64,000 nucleotides of DNA from Ylistrum balloti (Eukaryota). Location of the stretch: NCBI RefSeq assembly GCF_031769215.1, contig NW_026782248.1, positions 434,001 through 498,000 of the forward strand, read 5' to 3'. A program made the position numbers and the translations under genes. Below, one piece after another: positions 39,131-53,574 of this stretch. The notes beneath the pieces are model-generated. The model ran no database searches, had not been told where the DNA came from, and saw only the letters and a program-made list of their open reading frames with translations. Numbering within the stretch: position 1 is the stretch's first letter; the number at the start of each line of letters is the position of its first letter.

Positions 39131-40249
39131 GCGAAAACAAAAATTGTTTGAATAGCCAACCATCATCAAATGGTGGGATTAAAATAAGAACCTCCGCCCC
39201 CAACCCAACCCATCCCCCACCACGCGTTTTCCAGTGAGGGACTTATATACAAATATATAGTAGATAACCGGAAGGAAAATAGTGAAGTATATATATACAT
39301 ATATACAGTATGCTCTACAAGTGATGTGACGCTAAAACGCCCTTCTTCCAGAGGTCACACTGAGGTCATTTGGAGGTTACGTGTATCTGAACTCGTACTT
39401 AAAATCATATCATGTCTCATGACTTTCCCATGTCCCCATCACAAGACAGTGAGGTCCTCAATGTCAGTGAAATTGATCTGACAAGTAAAATGATTCACTT
39501 AGTGTAAATCCGATTCACAACATTTCCGTTGTCGCGGCAAGTTCTGTGCTTAAATTTGCTAAAATATAAGCGACAATCGATTTTTTTTTCATTTATTTTG
39601 CCGACAATTACATGTATCAAAATTCACTTTGTTGAAGTTTAACCACAAACGACATCTGAATAAGACACGGTAACGGAAATACATAAAACACACGGAACCG
39701 AGAGTAGTTTAAACTAGAGATCTACATAAACTTATACATAAAAACAACTACACGTTACGTAAAGGCTTCACATAGTAAAAGATATAAATTTAATCTTACA
39801 GTATATTAACTAAATATAGAACATATCAATTATATTTCTCGAAAACACAGAAAGAACGACTTCACTCCATGTCGATTTTAAAAGATGTCTGACATTCGCA
39901 AGACGATATATCTCTTATCCATTCATTCAGTTTTATTATCTAGAACGTTACATTTAATCAAATTTGAATTGAATCCCTACAATATCTGAAAGTGTGAGCA
40001 GAACCAATCTTACCGGCTGTTATTCTGTAAGCACTACTGGAATCGTTGAAATATCAGCTTAAAGCATTCAAGATTGCAGTAACGGGTTAACATATTGAAT
40101 ATCAGGATAGTAGATAATTTAGTGGTAGATAATTCAACATTACAATAACCGACTAAATTATTCCATTTTATTATAATGGGTTATTCAACATAATATCCAA
40201 TTAAATCATTACAATACGCGAGTAGATCCTTCAGCATTATCAAAATTTA

Positions 40250-40775
40250 TTAAAACTAAATAAATCATTCAACATTACAATAGCCGACCAAATCAGTCAA
40301 CATTACAATAATCGATCAAATCAGTCAACATTACAATAACCGAGCAAATCATTCAATATTACAATAACCGATCAAATCAGTCAACATTACAATAACCGAG
40401 CAAATCATTCAATATTACAATAACCGATCAAATCCGTCAACATTACAATAACCGAGCAAATCATTCAATATTACAATAACCGATCAAATCAGTCAACATT
40501 ACAATAACCGAGCAAATCATTCAATATTACAATAACCGATCAAATCAGTCAACATTACAATAACCGATCAAATCATTCAACATTACAATAACCGATCAAA
40601 TCAGTCAACATTACAATAACCGATCAAATCAGTCAACATTACAATAACCGATCCAATCAGTCAACATTACAATAACCGATCAAATCATTCAACATTACAA
40701 TAACCGATCAAATCAGTCAACATTACAATAACCGATCAAATCAGTCAACATTACAATAACCGATCAAATCAGTCA
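40250..40775. repeat. 28-bp minisatellite, about 19 copies
   Basis: Unit aacattacaataaccgatcaaatcagtc, period 28. Confidence 0.95.
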
Positions 40776-43700
40776 TCAATATAATTATCGATTGAATAAT
40801 TTATCCTTGTCAAAAGGGGGCAATTTATTCAATATTTCAATAACAAATTGAATCACCACAATAAGCAATTGGACCAATCAACGTTATTGTAACAGATGAA
40901 ACACATTTCATTTTAATATTCGATTCAATCGGTTGACATGATTCTTTAGACGATTAAATCATTTCACAATGAAATAGCTACGTAGTCATTTCATAACCTT
41001 ATAGCACGCTAAATCATTCGACATTAATTTATCCGATTCAAGTACGTCTTGGTTATATACATAACAAATAAAGTTAATAATTTCACAACTATGGAGGGAT
41101 TGGGACGGTAATTCGCTTAATTATCCTTTTCCACATATGCATGTACGCCAAGAATGCCAGGAAAGTGACCCTATATCCAAGTTAGAAGTGTCTGTGACTA
41201 GTAGTGTAGACAATAATTCCCTGGAAAACCTTTTCTTTGATGTAGGGCAAAGGTAAGACTTTAAGTCAAATTGTAAAACCAAGGCAAAATACATGTAGCG
41301 GAAGGAGAGATAGACACAGTGTAAAACTACAGTCAACTTCCCAACAAATTCCCGTCTGGGGACTACTAACCTGCTTGTTCACTCGAAATTACAATTCTGT
41401 ACAAAAAACGCGAAAGATATACAGCGCAGTTGTATTGTACATGTTTGATCTTGCTCTGTGAAATAGTTCCCATTCTACATTTGTTACAGTTAAACAAGCA
41501 TGGGAATTAAACTTAACTATAAAGATGAAAAGTTCTCAAAATCGTTTTTAAAATATGATAATGATTGGTAATGAGATATTATGACAATCAGATGATACTG
41601 GGTTTCGCTTAAAACACAAACGCTATTATTGCAACAATTTCCCATTTCCGCTGAAGCAGTGTCTCTCATGAGCGAATCAATGCTCTTCGTGGTGAGTTGG
41701 AGTCCATTCGATCGATGACACTAGAAACTACCGCCCACAAAAAAATGAGGAAAACAAACAAATATTCTGTATCACGAACTCATCAAAGCCATGCAGGCTA
41801 TAACTTGTTTGACTTAAGGGGGCATGTTACGTTATTTAGAAAAGAATTCCAGGATTTATTAGTTATTGCGTTCAGCAGAGTTCATGTTAAGAATAATGAT
41901 CTCAATAAAACGAAGGAATCATTAAATGCGAATTATAGGAATGATTTAAAGACAATAATTCCAACAAAAATAAAAAGTAGTTTAAATAGAAATTATTTTA
42001 TGTAAGGGAGACTACTCTGATCTGTTTATAATTATATTGTAATGAAGAAAATTAATGCACAAATAAATTTTCAATCCCTGTCAGATTGCATTGCGGCTTT
42101 CAACTATTTTGAAACAGATTTTACTACGGTATCATAGTTTTTATGAAGTGGTTTATATTAATTATACTATATTTTTCAACACGGAGAACGTGTGAAACAG
42201 ACTGTCGGTATTTTCGCGCGTAAGGAAGCGTGCAAGAAATTTCTGCTGGGAGGCTTGTGAGATATTATCATGATTAATAACATTATTACCAATCACAATT
42301 AGCGTTATTTTATAACGTTTTAAATCAATTTCACACAATGTGCCGTTTCATTCCGTCCATGTAAAGGAGAAGACTTCGTCGTTAGACTAGCCTTCAACAA
42401 GTATTACTCGTAAGAGAAAAATGACATCCGAAAATGCTTAAATGTCAGTATCCTAATAGGAACGAGGACTTCAGATATAAAGGTTCGTTAACATTATTTC
42501 CATTATTTCCGGTGACGTCATGAAAATGGCCTTTCTGGAGCCAAACAGGTATAATACCACTAGCAATATTTAAACTTTCCGACACCACTGTGAAAAGCAA
42601 ATTAATCATTTTAAGGTCGGAGAATAAAGTTGCATTTGTTAAATATATACACATTATTTAATTTATAACAGCAACGAAACAAGCTTTCAGCTCATCGTGT
42701 TGAACCTGATGGAAGCGCACGAGGGTGGGGTTGGGGCTATTGAGAAATAAGAGGTGCTTTCGGAAAAATGCAATTAAGCTCACGAAATATTTTTTTTAAA
42801 TTGAAGAGTCTATGACCTTGACCTAGAACGTGTAAATGGTAACGTGAAATTGATGACAACAATTTGTCCGAATTTTCATGAGATTTGGTAACTGCGATTG
42901 ACCAGGAATGAGAAGCAACATCCAATTTCCCAATCAATACAGATTTTGTAGCTGTTGCTAAACCTAATCGTACGCCCGTTATGACTCTATTTGCGAAGGC
43001 TACTGACAGGGAAACATTCCTTTATAGCATTGCAGGCAACCAAAGCATAAAGATAATAATTTGCTGTGTATACGAGGAAAAGTCTGCTTTACAAAAATGA
43101 AACTAGGATGTTTACGCCCCCAGTAAGACATAGGGAGTCATTTCTAGTCGTCATGAAGACAGAAATAGCTACTAATTTTGATTAGACTGATCAACGGGGA
43201 TAATTGGCTTAAAATGGCGACTCACAATATCCCGCTAACACCTTAAGCAGTGAAAGTAATTCAAAATTAAGATTTAACATATGATACGTAATGCTAATGG
43301 AAAAGCGAACTCTAAAATACCGCAAAGTTAACAGATCAATCTTTCCCAGAAATCCTTTCTGCCGTTCGAGACTATTTAATAATTAAAGCGAATTCCCTCT
43401 CCACCGCGTCGTGTGTGTTAAGACAGGTAGTTCCTGCTTCAGACCTAGACTTCCGAAAGCAGCGGTGTTCTGAATGTGTCATCACTAACATACAAAAACA
43501 ACTTTTACATCCAGGATACCAAGTAAAGATATAGATTTGTTTCGAAATCTTACATTGAACAACAAACAAACATCAAATAACATCAATTTAAGTCAATAGA
43601 AGAAGTTCCCGATAAAGAAACTAGTGTTAAGCACAGCATATTCCAGATGACCAATCATTCACGACTTAAATTTGTTTGTCATATCTTATATTCGTTTCTG

Positions 43701-43954
43701 TTTTTTTTTTCGTCAAAATTCGTCGTGTGCAGTTCGGTATTAGGCAAAGCTTAACACATCCTACGTATGTTCATTCGAACCGGAAATTGGCATCCGCTGG
43801 TTTTAGTTTAGTAATCGCATTGAGAAATATTCTATTTCTTTGCGCGATATGAAGCTGGACGTGTTTGGTGCACGTTAGTTTACCATTTGCTTCCGCTGTT
43901 GTATACATAGTTCTCATTTGAGAACGTGACACTTACTTGGATTGACAAAGGTTT

Positions 43955-44025
43955 ACATAGCGGGTGTAGTCGATGAAGCAGAAGACGCTTACTCTTCCAG
44001 AACACATGGTCTTATTCTCCTCGTA
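43955..44025 (+). repeat. Short interspersed repeat (gacgcttactc motif), copy 2
   Basis: gcgggtgtagtcgatgaagcagaagacgcttactcttccagaacacatggtcttattctc, matching 31855-31915 on the opposite strand. Confidence 0.45.
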
Positions 44026-44299
44026 CTTTTGCATGAGTATCCTTATAAATAGTTCTTCTGTTTATATTTGCCGTTTTTATAGAATTTGAGTTATGATTAA
44101 GATTTTGTTCACATATTTGTTTTTCTTGATTTTTCTTAAAGATAACTTTGGAATGACAAAACATGGCATGGCATTCAGTAACAAGGTACTGATTATTGAC
44201 CGTACTGTTTATATACACACATCCAAAATAATGAAGACTTGGAGTTACCGTCTTTTTAAGTGTTTTCAGTTCTCAGACAATAAAGAACGAACGCAGAAT

Positions 44300-46260
44300 C
44301 CAACAACGTACCTGTGTGTCAACGTACTCAGGACTCAATGTATCAAAATGTGGACGTACCAAGGTGTCAACGAACAAGGCACGGTATCAGCGTACCAAGG
44401 ACTCAATGCACCAGAGTGCAACGTACCAAGGAGTCAACGAACCAGGAACGGTATCAGCGTACCAAGGACTCAATGCACCAGAGTGCGAACGTGTCATGAC
44501 GTCAATGAAGCAGGTACAACGATGTCTACATAACAAGGTGTATATTTACCAAGGTACTGTACCAAGGAGCCAAAATACCAAGGTCTCAACAAATCCAGAT
44601 ACCAGCGTACCAAAGTGTTAACACACTAAGGTTTTTTTTTACAGTATCAAACGGTAACGTACACCACTGTCAGTCAGCCTACGAAGATGTCAATGTCCAA
44701 AGATATCCAAAAGATTCAGTGCACTATCTTATCAACATATTAACGTTTTTACCGTTCTATGGTGTCAACTGAATACCTCAATGTGTCAACGTCCAAAGAT
44801 GTCAACGTATCCAGGGTTCAAAGGTTCTATGGTGTCAACTGAACACTCCAATGTGTCAACGTCCCAAGATGTCAACAAACCGAGGTGCCAAAGTCCCTAG
44901 ATGTCAAGGTACCAAGGTGTCAACAAACCAAGGTGCCAACGTATCCAGGATTTAAAGGTTCTATGGTGTCAACTTAACACTCCAATGTGTCAACGTCCCA
45001 AGATGTCAACAAACCGAGGTGCCAACGTATCCAGGTTTCAAAGGTTCTATGGTGTCAACTGAACACTCCAATGTGTCAACGTCCCAAGATGTCAACAAAC
45101 CGAGGTGCCAACGTATCCAGGCTTTAAAGGTTCTATGGTGTCAACTGAATACTCTAATGTGTCAACGTCCCAAGATGTCAACAAACCGAGGTGCCAACGT
45201 ATCCAGGTTTCAAAGGTTCTATGGTGTCAATGAACACTCCAATGTGTCAACGTGCCAAGATGTCAACAAGCCGAGGTGCCAACGTATCCAGGTTTCAAAG
45301 GTTCTATAGTGTCAACTGAACACTCCAATGTGTCAACGTGCCAAGATGTCATCAAGCCGAGGTGCCAACGTATCCAGGCTTTAAAGGTTCTATGGTGTCA
45401 ACTGAATACTCTAATGTGTCAACGTCCCAAGATGTAAACAAACCGAGGTGCCAACGTATCCAGGTTTCAAAGGTTCTATGGTGTTAACTGGACACTCGAA
45501 AGTGTCAACGTCCCAAGATGTCAACGTATCCAGGTTTCAAAGGTTCTATGGTGTCAACTGAACACTCCAATGTGTCAAAGTCCCAAGATGTCATCAAGCC
45601 GAGGTGCCAACGTATCCAGGCTTTAAAGGTTCTATGGTGTCAACTGAATACTCTAATGTGTCAACGTCCCAAGATGTCAACAAACCGAGGTGCTTAAGTC
45701 CCTAGATGTCAAGGTATCAAGGTGTCAACAAACCAAGGTGCCAACGTATCCAGGTTTCAAAGGTTATATGGTGTCAACTGAACACTCCAATGTGTCAATG
45801 TCCCAAGATGTCATCAAGCCGAGGTGCCAACGTATCCAGGCTTTAAAGGTTCTATGGTGTCAACTGAATACTCTAATGTGTCAACTTCCCAAGATGTCAA
45901 CAAACCGAGGTGCCAACGTATCCAGGTTTCAAAGGTTCTATGGTGTCAACTGAACACTTCAATGTGCCAACGTTCCCAGGTGTCAACAAACCGAGGTGCC
46001 AACGTATCCAGGTTTCAAAGGTTCTATGGTGTCAGCGAAATATTCCAATGTGTCAACGTTCTCAGGTGTCAACGTATCGAGGTTTTTAACGTACTTTAAT
46101 GTCAACTGAATACTCTAATGTGTCAACGCACAAAGAAGTCAATATACCAAGGTGTTTTGGTACTAAAGCTCCGGTGCAATATTTTGTCAACACAATAGGT
46201 ATCGCACCCAGGTGTCAACAAAGCAAGGTGTCAACGACGTAAGGTGTCAACGATCCTAGG
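44300..46260. repeat. 86-bp satellite built from gtgtcaac/gtaccaag subrepeats, with degenerate flanks
   Basis: Period 86 (45011 to 45097 to 45183). The core array spans about 44760-46140. Confidence 0.92.
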
Positions 46261-46929
46261 GGTAATTTAGCAATGTGTCAACTCATTGTTCAAAGGTGTC
46301 AGCATGAAGTGTTTAACGTCTGTTTCTACTCCGATGACAACCATTTGAAGGCGGCATGTGTTACGGTATCCTCGATTTTCCTTTCGCGTCATTTGACCCC
46401 TAGGGGATCGAGATCCTTCTATAACACAACATTTTAAATTATTCAACTGGTCCTTTTGACAAAATAAATCAAATTTCACTCGGCAAATTTAAAATATCAG
46501 CACATCAATAAATTGTTAACAGACGGGCGATGGACGCGGCGCGACGTAAAATGAGTTGCACGCAAAAAAACCTCGTTTTCTGTTATAAAATTCGACAGAA
46601 TAAGCGCAATACTAAAATTCCCTTAATGAGCAGTGACGTGAGATATTTATTGGTGTAGAGTTAGGATCCCGTATATGCTCAAAAATAGCCCGTGTAGAAA
46701 AGAGGAAAGGTTAGTGGTAGCGTCTATGGTGTTGGGAGACGGAGAATACATTATTAGATTATTAGACTTGGAACATGAGATGAAATCTTCTCGGCGGCTT
46801 TCTCGTACAACAACATCAAATTCAATTCTCTCGTACTAGTATTAGGTGTACAAAGGTACATTGAATATAGACAAGACAATTTACTTCGGTTAATGATATC
46901 TAGAAAGGGAGTAAAACTAGTCATGGAGG

Positions 46930-47760
46930 GTAGCATTACTGAGGGAGAGAAATAACATCCAGGGCGGGTAAATGTGGCATTAGTCATGACGGGTAACATT
47001 ATTCAGGGAGGGCAACATTATGAACGGAGGGTAACATTATTAATGGAGGGTAACATTATTCATGGACAGCAACATTATTCATGGAGAGAAATATCATTCA
47101 GGGAGGGTAAATGTGGCATTAGTCATGACGGGTAACATTATTCAGGGAGGGCAACATTATGAACGGAGGGTAACATTATTAATGGAGGGTAACATTATTC
47201 ATGGACAGCAACATTATTCATGGAGAGAAATATCATTCAGGGAGGGTAAATGTGGCATTAGTCATGACGAGTAACATTATTCAAGGAGGGTTGTTATTAT
47301 TTATGAAGGGTAACATCATTCATGGAGGGCAACATTATCAATGGAGGGTAACGTTATTAATGGAGGGAAACATCATTCATGGACAGCAACATTATTCACG
47401 GAGGGTAACATTATTCATGGAGGGCAACATTATCAATGGAGGGTAACGTTATTAATGGAGGGAAACATCATTCATGGAGGGCAACATTATTAACGGAGGG
47501 TAACGTTATTAATGGAGGGTAACGTTACTGAGGGAGAGAAATAGCATCCAGGGTGGGTTAATGTAGCATTAGTCATGACGGGTAACATCATTCAGGGCGG
47601 GCAACATTATTCAGGAAGGGTTGTTATCATTTTTTAAGGGTAACGTTATTAATGAAGGGTAACAATATTTATGAAGGGTCAAATTCATGAGGGGTTACAT
47701 TATTCATGGAGGGTCTTATTATTTTGGGAGGATATCATTATTCACGGAGGGTAACGTTAT
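46930..47760. repeat. Degenerate ggagggtaacattattcat minisatellite with a 139-bp higher-order duplication
   Basis: The gagagaaata...ggtaaatgtggcattagtcatgac block recurs at about 46945, 47084 and 47223. Confidence 0.85.
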
Positions 47761-47789
47761 TTTTGTGGAATGGGTAATTTTGTAGAAGT

Positions 47790-48360
47790 TAGTGGTTTCT
47801 CTATTAAACACCATGCGGGAGGGTAACGTGGTTATTTTTGTGGGTTTCTCTATTAAACACCAATGGGTTTCTCTATTAAACACCAATTTTGTAGAAGTTA
47901 TTAAACACCATGCGGGAGGCCGGTAACTTTGGCTGGTGGTTTCTCTATTAAACACCATGCGGGAGGCCGGTAACTTTGGCTGACACATTAAACACCATGC
48001 GGGAGGCCGGTAACTTTGGCTGACATTCTCGTGGTTTCTCTATTAAACACCATGCGGGAGGCCGGTAACTTTGGCTGACATTCTCGTGGTTTCTCTATTA
48101 AACACCATGCGGGAGGCCGGTAACTTTGGCTGACATTCTCGTGGTTTCTCTATTAAACACCATGCGGGAGGCCGGTAACTTTGGCTGACATTCTCGTGGT
48201 TTCTCTATTAAACACCATGCGGGAGGCCGGTAACTTTGGCTGACATTCTCGTAGTTTCTCTATTAAACACCATGCGGGAGGCCGGTAACTTTGGCTGACA
48301 TTCTCGTGGTTTCTCTATTAAACACCATGCGGGAGGCCGGTAACTTTGGCTGACATTCTC
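47790..48360. repeat. 55-bp minisatellite: six near-identical copies (48031-48360) plus a degenerate lead-in
   Basis: Unit gtggtttctctattaaacaccatgcgggaggccggtaactttggctgacattctc. Confidence 0.95.
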
Positions 48361-50104
48361 ATCCTGGGCAACAAATCGCCAAAGAATCTATATTACTGAG
48401 GCTAATGGAGAGCATGCTATTTTTACCAGTGTCGTCTGGTTATCAATCCCCTTGGTGTGTCGATGTTCACTTGAATTCATACATTTGGTAGGTTTTTGTG
48501 AGCAGATCATCCGCTCACCAATTCATTAGATCCCAAAGTCAATATCCGGAAGGACGTGTTAGCAAACAAATCTAGGAGCTGACTATTGGACCGTATTACG
48601 AAATTCCACATCATCATTTTTGAAATTAAACGTCGAAGCATCAACGACATGAAAACAAAACATGCCTAAAGCATGGACACGTGTCTTGAAATGGGAATCC
48701 GTGTTGACAAAGGTCTAGACTGTAGTTAAACTTGTATACAGAGAGTAGGTAGTCATCACGTTTCTTAATTGAGACCACGTCACAATATTCGTCTGGTATC
48801 ATGTACGAAGGCTGTTAGACATTAAGTATAAACTGCTTTGGGATTAATTTAAATTGGATGGTCTACACTTCTACAGGCTGGGCATGATGACTGCAATGAC
48901 AGTTGTCACTCGTTACATATTGCTCACGTGCATTCCCACGTGTAACACGTGCACTCTTATATCATGTAACACAACCCACATTTGTTATTTGATGACAAAT
49001 AAGGGATCAGGGATCAGAATTTCATTTCTTTGTTTATAATATTTATTTATGTTAGTCCTAAAGTATTCCGGTTTATTAACATTCCTTTCGTGCAAACAAT
49101 TTATTCTGAAGGAAGAAGGTAACGCTTGAAACCGGAAGTTCAGAAGTCTCTCTCCCCCCCCCCCCAACCCCCATCTCGATTCCCCTCATTTGGCTGCATC
49201 CAGCGTTCATGAACCTGACAAATGCAATGGAATCTGACTCGATAAACATCAATCAAAAGACTTGTATAAACTGTTAGACTGTGACCTGCTGTGCAAAACA
49301 TCTGCAGCCTTATCTCTTCAAAACAAAATGATGGCATGGCTGGTATTTCCGTACAGATTTCTCAATGTTAAAAACCATTGTAAAACACATCCCTACACAA
49401 GCCGTTACGAGAGCTTCTCTCCTCACATGACTATCGCCTGTATTATTCGTATTTATGTCACGCGCGTCATCAATTTAATAGTGGGGATGAATTCCGTAAT
49501 AAGAACGCTCCGCTTCAATAATTCCTTTATCTTTCTGTACTGCCGATTTTCCGAATTACAGTCATGTGACATTGCAACTTAAAACCCGAACGTCTAATTA
49601 ATTATCTGGATATTATGAACTGATCACGTGCAAATCTGATCTGTTTTCTGTGATACATATTTTGTTGTTATTTTTCTTTTGTTACACCAAAAGATTTATA
49701 ACCTTTAATTTGCATTTTCCCCAGTATAATCTCCATGGTAACGGGGTATTTTTCTTAATTTCTGTACTAAACGCTAACAGAAGAATAAATGAATAAATTA
49801 TACTATCGGAAAGACAAAGAACACCTGATATTTACGTTCTCTAAAATCCAGCATGGTTTCTACTGCCACTCGTTAAATCTTTAATTATATTTGAAATTAA
49901 CGTGATCTCCCGTTTATACATAAAACAAGCATACTATAGCATCCTAAAACCAATGTAATATCGCGATAACCACGAAATTCGAGAAAACCTCAAATTGGCG
50001 CTTTTTTTCGTTTGAAACAGTCTCACCTGTCCTTAGCCAATCAAAACGCCCCTTTTAATCACTGTCGATATCATATGGTCTATATGACAAAGAAATACTA
50101 CCAA

Positions 50105-50660
50105 AGGGAAGCTACATACAGTGTGTGAGGCGAGTGTTTGAGGACAAACTGAAGCCACATACAGTGTGTGAGGCGAGTGTTAGAGGACAAACTGAAGCCA
50201 CATACAGTGTGTGAGGTGAGTGTTAGAGGACAAACTGAACCTACATACAGTGTATGAGGTGAGTGTTAGAGGACAAACTGAAGCTACATACAGTGTGTGA
50301 GGTGAGTGTTAAGAGGACAAACTGAAGCTACATACAGTGTGTGAGGCGAGTGATAGAGGACAAACTGAAGCTACATACAGTGTGTGAGGCAAGTGTTAGA
50401 GGACAAACTGAAGCTAAATACAGTGTGTGAGGCGAGTAACAGAGGACAAACTGAAGCTACATACAGTGTGTGAGGCGAGTGTTAGAGGACAAACTGAAGC
50501 TACATACAGTGTGTGAGGCGAGTGATAGAGGACAAACTGAAGCCACCTAGTGTGTGAGCTGAATGTTAGAGGACAAACTGAAGCTACATACAGTGTGGAA
50601 GGCGAGTGATAGAGGACAAACTGAAGCTACATACAGTGTGGAAGGCGAGTGATAGAGGAT
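50105..50660. repeat. 43-bp minisatellite, about 12-13 copies
   Basis: Unit gaggacaaactgaagctacatacagtgtgtgaggcgagtgtta. Confidence 0.95.
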
Positions 50661-53399
50661 ATAATGTTTGGAGACTACCTATTTCAGTTTATGGGTAGGA
50701 AGAACAGGCGAAAAAATTAAATAGATCATTAACGAAAAGTTGAAAATAATAAAGACAAGCCTAGGAGAAATAATGATAAAGGAAACAGTCTGTGGACCTT
50801 GGAAAAAACGGAGAGATTTTGTTCGGTTAAGGGAAATGTAGATAATTTACAGAGAATTGGAAATAAAGGAGAGAGTTCTGTGAGGAAGTGGAAGATAAGG
50901 GAGACAATCTGTGTCCGGTTCTGAGCAGGCTGTGACAGTCTAAGAAGGGATGAAAATAAAAGTAAATTATTGTGGATTGCTGAAATATTACAATGAAGGG
51001 TTGGAAACTAATGAGCATATTTTTGATAGGGGTGGAGTTTGTGAACCGCTGGGTACTGAGATAAGGGGAGATAATCTACGAATGGGTGGACATGAGGTAC
51101 ATATGTGGATTGTGTGAGCAAATATAATAATATACGGATTGATGAGAAGAGAAACAGGCAGAAAAGGGTGAAAATATCTCTGTGTCCAGAAATGGTGGGA
51201 GAAAAATGAGATTACAAGACAATAATGGAAATAAGCGCTGACAATACGGGAATAGCGGAAAGCGGAGAATTTCATTGAAGAGTCGAAATAAGGGAGATAA
51301 TATGTGGTGGAATGACAGGATCGGAAGTAAATCAAATGCCAGACACCCATATTACAGGCAAAACTCTTATCGTGATTACAGTAGAGATTAACAAGCGGCT
51401 GTCCGAGTAAAAATGATCCACCGAGAATCCCGCGCCGATCTGTTCACCGAGAAATCGATAACACCAGCAGTATTTTATACTCGCAAAATCATTGATTCAA
51501 TTTCAAATTAAACTATTCTTAAACGAATTTTAAGTCAGGGGAATAAACCAAGCTGTTGTTATCGTATTGTTTTACTAGTTGTCGTGTTCAGACGATTACG
51601 TGTGTAACAGCTGGAACATATATATCTATATCATTGCTGTCATTTTCACCTGATTAAGTCGTCCAATCTCTCTCTATTCAACCAGGAATAAAAAAATTGA
51701 CGTATTGAATTTAAATAGAGTAATACTTGTAACCCCAATGACTTGATTGTACTAAAGGGGGAAAAATCTCTCCCCGCATCGCTCTCAACACTTCCCCTCA
51801 TTCCTCCCCCATCCTTTACATATCAACGATCTCCCTTCAAACACAGATCGTCACGTAACAATGGTATACCTTGACAGATAAATTGTCACGTGACATCGAT
51901 CTCCCTTAACACATCGAACAAAATGATATCTTCGCAGCAAACCGGCCGTCACTTACAAGGCCCAAGGAGGACACAACCACTTCACCTGACCGGCACGATT
52001 TCAAGATTCTGGAGAAATAACACCAAGCTACATGTCGAACAACGCATCGCCAATCCTCAACTGACCTTGCGTATACTAACCTTCTCTCGAAGTCTCCACA
52101 TCTTTGTGTTTCACATTTTTTGTGGCGTTGACATTTACATAGAAAGTGCTTGTAGTGTAAATGAAGTTGTGTATAAACAAACCACCAAACGTGTAATAAT
52201 ACTTATTGTGTCAACGTGATAAAGAATATATCAATTTAAACACAACCTTAAGGGTGTATGGTACCTTGTTTTGAATACAATACTCTATACATTGCTTTAA
52301 CGAGACTCCACCCTCCTTCAAACAAAATGGAACATGTTTCAAGTTAACTATGAAAGGGTCGGACCACTTTAACCAAGTGATATAACACTAAAGATGTATG
52401 TAAGTATCCTAACTGTCATTTGGAGACTGATAACTATATATACAAGTAGGTCAAAATGACGTAAAATCGGCGATTGAGCCTCAATTTGAGAAAGAGACTT
52501 GAGGTTGTCTTATACGTACACAATACTATCGTTGCCTTACACTTGCCATTAAGAATTCAAAGGAATAATGACAAATGTTCTTTATGGTATCATAAAGACT
52601 TAAGGATGTATGCTACATATATATACACGTATATGTGCATATTGCTGTGATATACAAATAAGTGAGGACTATTAAAGACGGTCTTGTCAATAGACTTAAG
52701 GAGGTATGCTACATTATCATGGCATTTGTAAAAATGTCCTCAAATAAAAATAATTTATCTTCACATGGGCAAGGGAGATAACTCCTACCAAAAATCCTGA
52801 AAATCGTAGTAAAAATTTCTTTTTGAAGTACTTTTGGCTGTTATATTGATTTATCATCTCATGCGAGAAGTTAATGGCAACAAGCACGTGGTGTTTTTAT
52901 TCTTTAGGGAGATAGCTCCTATACAAACCACATACTAAACTCAATCTGATTCATTACAAATTAATCTGACGAGGAAGCGTATGGCACTAGCGACCTTCCA
53001 TATACGTACTGAAGTGGCCATAAAAGGAATCGGAGAATGGTCACGTGTACTTGAAGTGTCAGAGAGTCATTCGTCTCGGGATCTCGACTGTATGTGATGG
53101 ATAATGGTCTGTCGTCATTGCCTTTTGATATCAGAGATTCAGCAATACATTGTGCTGTCCATTGATTATAATGCCAAGAATGCTTACAGCAGCATCAGTA
53201 GGAATATTTCTTTAAATGAACATCACAATAGTTACACAATTAACACATCTGGTTCTATGGCGGGAAATGTATTTTTTTAATTTCCCAATTTTTGTCATGA
53301 AGCTAATGATTTTATTTCATCTATTTAAAAAAAAAAATTTTTTTTGTACCTTTCAAGGAAGCACTGTTTAAGTCATGATAGCAATTGTTAATTACCAAC

Positions 53400-53574
53400 N
53401 NNNNNNNNNNNNNNNNNNNNNNNNNNNNNNNNNNNNNNNNNNNNNNNNNNNNNNNNNNNNNNNNNNNNNNNNNNNNNNNNNNNNNNNNNNNNNNNNNNNN
53501 NNNNNNNNNNNNNNNNNNNNNNNNNNNNNNNNNNNNNNNNNNNNNNNNNNNNNNNNNNNNNNNNNNNNNNNNNN
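53400..53574. other. Assembly gap (175 N)
   Basis: Run of n characters. Confidence 1.

Noticed and set aside
48031-48360. 55-mer as an HDV-like or twister ribozyme (ggccggtaac..., atgcgggagg)
   Set aside because: Local hairpins exist, but the required pseudoknot pairings could not be built.
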